From assembly GCA_964057225.1 (NCBI GenBank), contig OZ059898.1:21142001-21206000 (forward strand): a DNA stretch of 64,000 bases, in the 5' to 3' direction. Below, piece after piece: positions 1 through 11,600 of the stretch; positions within the stretch are counted from its first letter, which is position 1, and each line of letters begins with the position of its first letter. Made by a program: the position numbers and the translations under genes. This DNA is from Auanema rhodensis (Eukaryota; Animalia; Nematoda). The notes under the pieces were generated by a model, which had not been told where the DNA came from, did no database searches, and was given only the letters and a program-made list of their open reading frames with translations.

Positions 1-528
1 TGTAACTCGCTTCACGTGAAAGATAAAGAGATGCGGTTTTCAAAATTAGATTCCCCATGTCCATATTAGTCTAAAAACAATTTTTTATTGATATTGGTGC
101 ATGGTAACCATGACTTTGAAATTTACGTGAACTTTAATTTATGCTAATTAAATGTACACGTGATGTGCACTTGGTATGTAACTCGCTTCACGTGAAAGAT
201 AAAGAGATGCGGTTTTCAAAATTAGATTCCCCATGTCCATATTAGTCTAAAAACAAATTTTTATTGATATTGGTTCATGGTAACCATGACTTTGAAATTT
301 ACGTGAACTTTAATTTATGCTAATTAAATGTACACGTGATGTGCACTTGGTATGTAACTCGCTTCACGTGAAAGATAAAGAGATGCGGTTTTCAAAATTA
401 GATTCCTCATGTCCATATTAGTCTAAAAACAAATTTTTATTGATATTGGTGCATGGTAACCATGACTTTGAAATTTACGTGAACTTTAATTTATGCTAAT
501 TAAATGTACACGTGATGTGCACTTGGTA

Positions 529-704
529 TGTAACTCGCTTCACGTGAAAGATAAAGAGATGCGGTTTTCAAAATTAGATTCCCCATGTCCATATTAGTCT
601 AAAAACAAATTTTTATTGATATTGGTGCATGGTAACCATGACTTTGAAATTTACGTGAACTTTAATTTATGCTAATTAAATGTACACGTGATGTGCACTT
701 GGTA
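529..704 (+). repeat. Representative consensus monomer (G99 allele), 176 bp, 57 G+C, five CpG
   Basis: Reads identical to the majority sequence; contains TTCACGTGAA, CATGGTAACCATG, TTTAATT-N6-AATTAAA, CACGTG and GTGCAC. Confidence 0.95.
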
Positions 705-2815
705 TGTAACTCGCTTCACGTGAAAGATGAAGAGATGCGGTTTTCAAAATTAGATTCCCCATGTCCATATTAGTCTAAAAACAAATTTTTATTGATATTG
801 GTGCATGGTAACCATGACTTTGAAATTTACGTGAACTTTAATTTATGCTAATTAAATGTACACGTGATGTGCACTTGGTATGTAACTCGCTTCACGTGAA
901 AGATAAAGAGATGCGGTTTTCAAAATTAGATTCCTCATGTCCATATTAGTCTAAAAACAAATTTTTATTGATATTGGTGCATGGTAACCATGACTTTGAA
1001 ATTTACGTGAACTTTAATTTATGCTAATTAAATGTACACGTGATGTGCACTTGGTATGTAACTCGCTTCACGTGAAAGATGAAGAGATGCGGTTTTCAAA
1101 ATTAGATTCCCCATGTCCATATTAGTCTAAAACAAATTTTTATTGACATTGGTGCATGGTAACCATGACTTTGAAATTTACGTGAACTTTAATTTATGCT
1201 AATTAAATGTACACGTGATGTGCACTTGGTATGTAACTCGCTTCACGTGAAAGATAAAGAGATGCGGTTTTCAAAATTAGATTCCCCATGTCCATATTAG
1301 TCTAAAAACAAATTTTTATTGATATTGGTGCATGGTAACCATGACTTTGAAATTTACGTGAACTTTAATTTATGCTAATTAAATGTACACGTGATGTGCA
1401 CTTGGTATGTAACTCTCTTCACGTGAAAGATGAAGAGATGCGGTTTTCAAAATTAGATTCCCCATGTCCATATTAGTCTAAAAACAAATTTTTATTGATA
1501 TTGGTGCATGGTAACCATGACTTTGAAATTTACGTGAACTTTAATTTATGCTAATTAAATGTACACGTGATGTGCACTTGGTATGTAACTCGCTTCACGT
1601 GAAAGATAAGGAGATGCGGTTTTCAAAATTAGATTCCCCATGTCCATATTAGTCTAAAAACAAATTTTTATTGATATTGGTTCATGGTAACCATGACTTT
1701 GAAATTTACGTGAACTTTAATTTATGCTAATTAAATGTACACGTGATGTGCACTTGGTATGTAACTCGCTTCACGTGAAAGATAAAGAGATGCGGTTTTC
1801 AAAATTAGATTCCCCATGTCCATATTAGTCTAAAAACAAATTTTTATTGATATTGGTGCATGGTAACCATGACTTTGAAATTTACGTGAACTTTAATTTA
1901 TGCTAATTAAATGTACACGTGATGTGCACTTGGTATGTAACTCGTTTCACGTGAAAGATAAAGAGATGCGGTTTTCAAAATTAGATTCCCCATGTCCATA
2001 TTAGTTTAAAAACAAATTTTTATTGATATTGGTGCATGGTAACCATGACTTTGAAATTTACGTGAACTTTAATTTATGCTAATTAAATGTACACGTGATG
2101 TGCACTTGGTATGTAACTCGCTTCACGTGAAAGATAAAGAGATGCGGTTTTCAAAATTAGATTCCTCATGTCCATATTAGTCTAAAAACAAATTTTTATT
2201 GATATTGGTGCATGGTAACCATGACTTTGAAATTTACGTGAACTTTAATTTATGCTAATTAAATGTACACGTGATGTGCACTTGGTATGTAACTCGCTTC
2301 ACGTGAAAGATAAAGAGATGCGGTTTTCAAAATTAGATTCCCCATGTCCATATTAGTCTAAAAACAAATTTTTATTGATATTGGTTCATGGTAACCATGA
2401 CTTTGAAATTTACGTGAACTTTAATTTATGCTAATTAAATGTACACGTGATGTGCACTTGGTATGTAACTCGCTTCACGTGAAAGATAAAGAGATGCGGT
2501 TTTCAAAATTAGATTCCCCATGTCCATATTAGTCTAAAAACAAATTTTTATTGATATTGGTGCATGGTAACCATGACTTTGAAATTTACGTGAACTTTAA
2601 TTTATGCTAATTAAATGTACACGTGATGTGCACTTGGTATGTAACTCGCTTCACGTGAAAGATAAAGAGATGCGGTTTTCAAAATTAGATTCCCCATGTC
2701 CATATTAGTCTAAAAACAAATTTTTATTGATATTGGTGCATGGTAACCATGACTTTGAAATTTACGTGAACTTTAATTTATGCTAATTAAATGTACACGT
2801 GATGTGCACTTGGTA

Positions 2816-5800
2816 TGTAACTCGTTTCACGTGAAAGATAAAGAGATGCGGTTTTCAAAATTAAATTCCCCATGTCCATATTAGTCTAAAAACAAATTTT
2901 TATTGATATTGGTTCATGGTAACCATGACTTTGAAATTTACGTGAACTTTAATTTATGCTAATTAAATGTACACGTGATGTGCACTTGGTATGTAACTCG
3001 CTTCACGTGAAAGATAAAGAGATGCGGTTTTCAAAATTAGATTCCCCATGTCCATATTAGTCTAAAAACAATATTTTATTGATATTGGTGCATGGTAACC
3101 ATGACTTTGAAATTTACGTGAACTTTAATTTATGCTAATTAAATGTACACGTGATGTGCACTTGGTATGTAACTCGCTTCACGTGAAAGATAAAGAGATT
3201 CGGTTTTCAAAATTAGATTCCCCATGTCCATATTGGTCTAAAAACAAATTTTTATTGATATTGGTTCATGGTAACCATGACTTTGAAATTTACGTGAACT
3301 TTAATTTATGCTAATTAAATGTACACGTGATGTGCACTTGGTATGTAACTCGCTTCACGTGAAAGATAAAGAGATGCGGTTTTCAAAATTAGATTCCCCA
3401 TGTCCATATTAGTCTAAAAACAAATTTTTATTGATATTGGTGCATGGTAACCATGACTTTGAAATTTACGTGAACTTTAATTTATGCTAATTAAATGTAC
3501 ACGTGATGTGCACTTGGTATGTAACTCGCTTCACGTGAAAGATGAAGAGATGCGGTTTTCAAAATTAGATTCCCCATGTCCATATTAGTCTAAAAACAAA
3601 TTTTTATTGATATTGGTGCATGGTAACCATGACTTTGAAATTTACGTGAACTTTAATTTATGCTAATTAAATGTACAGTTGATGTGCACTTGGTATGTAA
3701 CTCGCTTCACGTGAAAGATGAAGAGATGCGGTTTTCAAAATTAGATTCCCCATGTCCATATTAGTCTAAAAACAAATTTTTATTGATATTGGTGCATGGT
3801 AACCATGACTTTGAAATTTACGTGAACTTTAATTTATGCTAATTAAATGTACACGTGATGTGCACTTGGTATGTAACTCGTTTCACGTGAAAGATAAAGA
3901 GATGCGGTTTTCAAAATTAAATTCCCCATGTCCATATTAGTCTAAAAACAAATTTTTATTGATATTGGTTCATGGTAACCATGACTTTGAAATTTACGTG
4001 AACTTTAATTTATGCTAATTAAATGTACACGTGATGTGCACTTGGTATGTAACTCGCTTCACGTGAAAGATAAAGAGATGCGGTTTTCAAAATTAGATTC
4101 CCCATGTCCATATTAGTCTAAAAACAATATTTTATTGATATTGGTGCATGGTAACCATGACTTTGAAATTTACGTGAACTTTAATTTATGCTAATTAAAT
4201 GTACACGTGATGTGCACTTGGTATGTAACTCGCTTCACGTGAAAGATAAAGAGATTCGGTTTTCAAAATTAGATTCCCCATGTCCATATTGGTCTAAAAA
4301 CAAATTTTTATTGATATTGGTTCATGGTAACCATGACTTTGAAATTTACGTGAACTTTAATTTATGCTAATTAAATGTACACGTGATGTGCACTTGGTAT
4401 GTAACTCGCTTCACGTGAAAGATAAAGAGATGCGGTTTTCAAAATTAGATTCCCCATGTCCATATTAGTCTAAAAACAAATTTTTATTGATATTGGTGCA
4501 TGGTAACCATGACTTTGAAATTTACGTGAACTTTAATTTATGCTAATTAAATGTACACGTGATGGGCACTTGGTATGTAACTCGCTTCACGTGAAAGATA
4601 AAGAGATGCGGTTTTCAAAATTAGATTCCTCATGTCCATATTAGTCTAAAAACAAATTTTTATTGATATTGGTTCATGGTAACCATGACTTTGAAATTTA
4701 CGTGAACTTTAATTTATGCTAATTAAATGTACACGTAATGTGCACTTGGTATGTAACTCGCTTCACGTGAAAGATAAAGAGATGCGGTTTTCAAAATTAG
4801 ATTCCCCATGTCCATATTAGTCTAAAAACAATATTTTATTGATATTGGTGCATGGTAACCATGACTTTGAAATTTACGTGAACTTTAATTTATGCTAATT
4901 AAATGTACACGTGATGTGCACTTGGTATGTAACTCGCTTCACGTGAAAGATAAAGAGATGCGGTTTTCAAAATTAGATTCCCCATGTCCATATTAGTCTA
5001 AAAACAAATTTTTATTGATATTGGTGCATGGTAACCATGACTTTGAAATTTACGTGAACTTTAATTTATGCTAATTAAATGTACACGTGATGTGCACTTG
5101 GTATGTAACTCGTTTCACGTGAAAGATAAAGAGATGCGGTTTTCAAAATTAAATTCCCCATGTCCATATTAGTCTAAAAACAAATTTTTATTGATATTGG
5201 TTCATGGTAACCATGACTTTGAAATTTACGTGAACTTTAATTTATGCTAATTAAATGTACACGTGATGTGCACTTGGTATGTAACTCGCTTCACGTGAAA
5301 GATAAAGAGATGCGGTTTTCAAAATTAGATTCCCCATGTCCATATTAGTCTAAAAACAATATTTTATTGATATTGGTGCATGGTAACCATGACTTTGAAA
5401 TTTACGTGAACTTTAATTTATGCTAATTAAATGTACACGTGATGTGCACTTGGTATGTAACTCGCTTCACGTGAAAGATAAAGAGATTCGGTTTTCAAAA
5501 TTAGATTCCCCATGTCCATATTGGTCTAAAAACAAATTTTTATTGATATTGGTTCATGGTAACCATGACTTTGAAATTTACGTGAACTTTAATTTATGCT
5601 AATTAAATGTACACGTGATGTGCACTTGGTATGTAACTCGCTTCACGTGAAAGATAAAGAGATGCGGTTTTCAAAATTAGATTCCCCATGTCCATATTAG
5701 TCTAAAAACAAATTTTTATTGATATTGGTGCATGGTAACCATGACTTTGAAATTTACGTGAACTTTAATTTATGCTAATTAAATGTACACGTGATGTGCA

Positions 5801-6159
5801 CTTGGTATGTAACTCGCTTCACGTGAAAGATGAAGAGATGCGGTTTTCAAAATTAGATTCCCCATGTCCATATTAGTCTAAAAACAAATTTTTATTGATA
5901 TTGGTGCATGGTAACCATGACTTTGAAATTTACGTGAACTTTAATTTATGCTAATTAAATGTACAGTTGATGTGCACTTGGTATGTAACTCGCTTCACGT
6001 GAAAGATGAAGAGATGCGGTTTTCAAAATTAGATTCCCCATGTCCATATTAGTCTAAAAACAAATTTTTATTGATATTGGTGCATGGTAACCATGACTTT
6101 GAAATTTACGTGAACTTTAATTTATGCTAATTAAATGTACACGTGATGTGCACTTGGTA
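2816..6159. repeat. Local higher-order repeat: three-monomer marker block present three times at 6- and 7-monomer spacing
   Basis: Block [C10T+G49A][A81T+T82A][G33T+A68G] starts at 2816, 3872 and 5104; 2816-3871 matches 5104-6159, including the TACAGTT variant. Confidence 0.9.
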
Positions 6160-8623
6160 TGTAACTCGCTTCACGTGAAAGATAAGGAGATGCGGTTTTC
6201 AAAATTAGATTCCCCATGTCCATATTAGTCTAAAAACAAATTTTTATTGATATTGGTGCATGGTAACCATGACTTTGAAATTTACGTGAACTTTAATTTA
6301 TGCTAATTAAATGTACAGTTGATGTGCACTTGGTATGTAACTCGCTTCACGTGAAAGATGAAGAGATGCGGTTTTCAAAATTAGATTCCCCATGTCCATA
6401 TTAGTCTAAAAACAAATTTTTATTGATATTGGTGCATGGTAACCATGACTTTGAAATTTACGTGAACTTTAATTTATGCTAATTAAATGTACACGTGATG
6501 TGCACTTGGTATGTAACTCGCTTCACGTGAAAGATAAGGAGATGCGGTTTTCAAAATTAGATTCCCCATGTCCATATTAGTCTAAAAACAAATTTTTATT
6601 GATATTGGTGCATGGTAACCATGACTTTGAAATTTACGTGAACTTTAATTTATGCTAATTAAATGTACACGTGATGGGCACTTGGTATGTAACTCGCTTC
6701 ACGTGAAAGATAAAGAGATGCGGTTTTCAAAATTAGATTCCCCATGTCCATATTAGTCTAAAAACAAATTTTTATTGATATTGGTTCATGGTAACCATGA
6801 CTTTGAAATTTACGTGAACTTTAATTTATGCTAATTAAATGTACACGTAATGTGCACTTGGTATGTAACTCGCTTCACGTGAAAGATAAAGAGATGCGGT
6901 TTTCAAAATTAGATTCCCCATGTCCATATTAGTCTAAAAACAAATTTTTATTGATATTGGTTCATGGTAACCATGACTTTGAAATTTACGTGAACTTTAA
7001 TTTATGCTAATTAAATGTACACGTGATGTGCACTTGGTATGTAACTCGCTTCACGTGAAAGATAAAGAGATGCGGTTTTCAAAATTAGATTCCCCATGTC
7101 CATATTAGTCTAAAAACAAATTTTTATTGATATTGGTGCATGGTAACCATGACTTTGAAATTTACGTGAACTTTAATTTATGCTAATTAAATGTACACGT
7201 GATGTGCACTTGGTATGTAACTCGCTTCACGTGAAAGATAAAGAGATGCGGTTTTCAAAATTAGATTCCCCATGTCCATATTAGTCTAAAAACAAATTTT
7301 TATTGATATTGGTGCATGGTAACCATGACTTTGAAATTTACGTGAACTTTAATTTATGCTAATTAAATGTACACGTGATGTGCACTTGGTATGTAACTCG
7401 CTTCACGTGAAAGATGAAGAGATGCGGTTTTCAAAATTAGATTCCCCATGTCCATATTAGTCTAAAAACAAATTTTTATTGATATTGGTGCATGGTAACC
7501 ATGACTTTGAAATTTACGTGAACTTTAATTTATGCTAATTAAATGTACACGTGATGTGCACTTGCTATGTAACTCGCTTCACGTGAAAGATAAAGAGATG
7601 CGGTTTTCAAAATTAGATTCCCCATGTCCATATTAGTCTAAAAACAAATTTTTATTGATATTGGTGCATGGTAACCATGACTTTGAAATTTACGTGAACT
7701 TTAATTTATGCTAATTAAATGTACACGTGATGTGCACTTGATATGTAACTCGCTTCACGTGAAAGATGAAGAGATGCGGTTTTCAAAATTAGATTCCCCA
7801 TGTCCATATTAGTCTAAAAACAAATTTTTATTGATATTGGTGCATGGTAACCATGACTTTGAAATTTACGTGAACTTTAATTTATGCTAATTAAATGTAC
7901 ACGTGATGTGCACTTGGTATGTAACTCGCTTCACGTGAAAGATAAAGAGATGCGGTTTTCAAAATTAGATTCCCCATGTCCATATTAGTCTAAAAACAAA
8001 TTTTTATTGATATTGGTTCATGGTAACCATGACTTTGAAATTTACGTGAACTTTAATTTATGCTAATTAAATGTACACGTGATGTGCACTTGGTATGTAA
8101 CTCGCTTCACGTGAAAGATAAAGAGATGCGGTTTTCAAAATTAGATTCCCCATGTCCATATTAGTCTAAAAACAAATTTTTATTGATATTGGTGCATGGT
8201 AACCATGACTTTGAAATTTACGTGAACTTTAATTTATGCTAATTAAATGTACACGTGATGTGCACTTGGTATGTAACTCGCTTCACGTGAAAGATAAAGA
8301 GATGCGGTTTTCAAAATTAGATTCCCCATGTCCATATTAGTCTAAAAACAAATTTTTATTGATATTGGTTCATGGTAACCATGACTTTGAAATTTACGTG
8401 AACTTTAATTTATGCTAATTAAATGTACACGTGATGTGCACTTGGTATGTAACTCGCTTCACGTGAAAGATAAAGAGATGCGGTTTTCAAAATTAGATTC
8501 CCCATGTCCATATTAGTCTAAAAACAAATTTTTATTGATATTGGTGCATGGTAACCATGACTTTGAAATTTACGTGAACTTTAATTTATGCTAATTAAAT
8601 GTACACGTGATGTGCACTTGGTA

Positions 8624-11600
8624 TGTAACTCGCTTCACGTGAAAGATAAAGAGATGCGGTTTTCAAAATTAGATTCCCCATGTCCATATTAGTCTAAAAA
8701 CAAATTTTTATTGATATTGGTGCATGGTAACCATGACTTTGAAATTTACGTGAACTTTAATTTATGCTAATTAAATGTACACGTCATGTGCACTTGGTAT
8801 GTAACTCGCTTCACGTGAAAGATGAAGAGATGCGGTTTTCAAAATTAGATTCCCCATGTCCATATTAGTCTAAAAACAAATTTTTATTGATATTGGTGCA
8901 TGGTAACCATGACTTTGAAATTTACGTGAACTTTAATTTATGCTAATTAAATGTACACGTGATGTGCACTTGGTATGTAACTCGCTTCACGTGAAAGATA
9001 AGGAGATGCGGTTTTCAAAATTAGATTCCCCATGTCCATATTAGTCTAAAAACAAATTTTTATTGATATTGGTTCATGGTAACCATGACTTTGAAATTTA
9101 CGTGAACTTTAATTTATGCTAATTAAATGTACACGTGATGTGCACTTGGTATGTAACTCGCTTCACGTGAAAGATAAAGAGATGCGGTTTTCAAAATTAG
9201 ATTCCCCATGTCCATATTAGTCTAAAAACAAATTTTTATTGATATTGGTGCATGGTAACCATGACTTTGAAATTTACGTGAACTTTAATTTATGCTAATT
9301 AAATGTACACGTGATGTGCACTTGGTATGTAACTCGCTTCACGTGAAAGATAAAGAGATGCGGTTTTCAAAATTAGATTCCCCATGTCCATATTAGTCTA
9401 AAAACAAAGTTTTATTGATATTGGTTTATGGTAACCATGACTTTGAAATTTACGTGAACTTTAATTTATGCTAATTAAATGTACACGTGATGTGCACTTG
9501 GTATGTAACTCGCTTCACGTGAAAGATAAAGAGATGCGGTTTTCAAAATTAGATTCCCCATGTCCATATTAGTCTAAAAACAAATTTTTATTGATATTGG
9601 TGCATGGTAACCATGACTTTGAAATTTACGTGAACTTTAATTTATGCTAATTAAATGTACACGTGATGTGCACTTGGTATGTAACTCGCTTCACGTGAAA
9701 GATAAAGAGATGCGGTTTTCAAAATTAGATTCCCCATGTCCATATTAGTCTAAAAACAAATTTTTATTGATATTGGTTCATGGTAACCATGACTTTGAAA
9801 TTTACGTGAACTTTAATTTATGCTAATTAAATGTACACGTGATGTGCACTTGGTATGTAACTCGCTTCACGTGAAAGATAAAGAGATGCGGTTTTCAAAA
9901 TTAGATTCCCCATGTCCATATTAGTCTAAAAACAAATTTTTATTGATATTGGTGCATGGTAACCATGACTTTGAAATTTACGTGAACTTTAATTTATGCT
10001 AATTAAATGTACACGTGATGTGCACTTGGTATGTAACTCGCTTCACGTGAAAGATAAAGAGATGCGGTTTTCAAAATTAGATTCCCCATGTCCATATTAG
10101 TCTAAAAACAAATTTTCATTGATATTGGTGCATGGTAACCATGACTTTGAAATTTACGTGAACTTTAATTTATGCTAATTAAATGTACACGTGATGTGCA
10201 CTTGGTATGTAACTCGCTTCACGTGAAAGATAAAGAGATGCGGTTTTCAAAATTAGATTCCCCATGTCCATATTAGTCTAAAAACAAATTTTTATTGATA
10301 TTGGTTCATGGTAACCATGACTTTGAAATTTACGTGAACTTTAATTTATGCTAATTAAATGTACACGTGATGTGCACTTGGTATGTAACTCGCTTCACGT
10401 GAAAGATAAAGAGATGCGGTTTTCAAAATTAGATTCCCCATGTCCATATTAGTCTAAAAACAAATTTTTATTGATATTGGTGCATGGTAACCATGACTTT
10501 GAAATTTACGTGAACTTTAATTTATGCTAATTAAATGTACACGTGATGTGCACTTGGTATGTAACTCGCTTCACGTGAAAGATAAAGAGATGCGGTTTTC
10601 AAAATTAGATTCCCCATGTCCATATTAGTCTAAAAACAAATTTTTATTGATATTGGTGCATGGTAACCATGACTTTGAAAGTTACGTGAACTTTAATTTA
10701 TGCTAATTAAATGTACACGTGATGTGCACTTGGTATGTAACTCGCTTCACGTGAAAGATAAAGAGATGCGGTTTTCAAAATTAGATTCCCCATGTCCATA
10801 TTAGTCTAAAAACAAATTTTTATTGATATTGGTTCATGGTAACCATGACTTTGAAATTTACGTGAACTTTAATTTATGCTAATTAAATGTACACGTGATG
10901 TGCACTTGGTATGTAACTCGCTTCACGTGAAAGATAAAGAGATGCGGTTTTCAAAATTAGATTCCCCATGTCCATATTAGTCTAAAAACAAATTTTTATT
11001 GATATTGGTGCATGGTAACCATGACTTTGAAATTTACGTGAACTTTAATTTATGCTAATTAAATGTACACGTGATGTGCACTTGGTATGTAACTCGCTTC
11101 ACGTGAAAGATGAAGAGATGCGGTTTTCAAAATTAGATTCCCCATGTCCATATTAGTCTAAAAACAAACTTTTATTGATATTGGTGCATGGTAACCATGA
11201 CTTTGAAATTTACGTGAACTTTAATTTATGCTAATTAAATGTACACGTGATGTGCACTTGGTATGTAACTCGCTTCACGTGAAAGATAAAGAGATGCGGT
11301 TTTCAAAATTAGATTCCCCATGTTCATATTAGTCTAAAAACAAATTTTTATTGATATTGGTGCATGGTAACCATGACTTTGAAATTTACGTGAACTTTAA
11401 TTTATGCTAATTAAATGTACACGTGATGTGCACTTGGTATGTAACTCGCTTCACGTGAAAGATAAAGAGATGCGGTTTTCAAAATTAGATTCCCCATGTC
11501 CATATTAGTCTAAAAACAAATTTTTATTGATATTGGTTCATGGTAACCATGACTTTGAAATTTACGTGAACTTTAATTTATGCTAATTAAATGTACACGT

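Noticed and set aside
157-164. Budding-yeast point centromere suggested by the CDEI match
   Set aside because: There is no >90% AT CDEII or CCGAA-containing CDEIII, and point centromeres are single-copy.
1-176. CENP-B box (NTTCGNNNNANNCGGGN)
   Set aside because: The consensus has no TTCG or CGGG on either strand; the rare TTCG-creating variants lack the rest of the motif.
1-176. Assignment to a known similar-sized satellite (Brassica CentBr, Arabidopsis CEN178, alpha satellite)
   Set aside because: Only the length is similar; I recognise no sequence match. BLASTN or Dfam/Repbase searches are needed to determine the family and whether it is new.
1-176. Tandem 5S rRNA, tRNA or snRNA gene unit
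   Set aside because: No recognisable 5S sequence, tRNA cloverleaf or Pol III A/B boxes.
3132-3314. 60-aa ORF MLIKCTRD...
   Set aside because: It is satellite sequence in which A68G turns the usual TAG into TGG; it has no recognisable domain or gene context.
4188-4370. Second copy of the 60-aa ORF
   Set aside because: Same A68G monomer, copied by local duplication.
5420-5602. Third copy of the 60-aa ORF
   Set aside because: Same A68G monomer, copied by local duplication.
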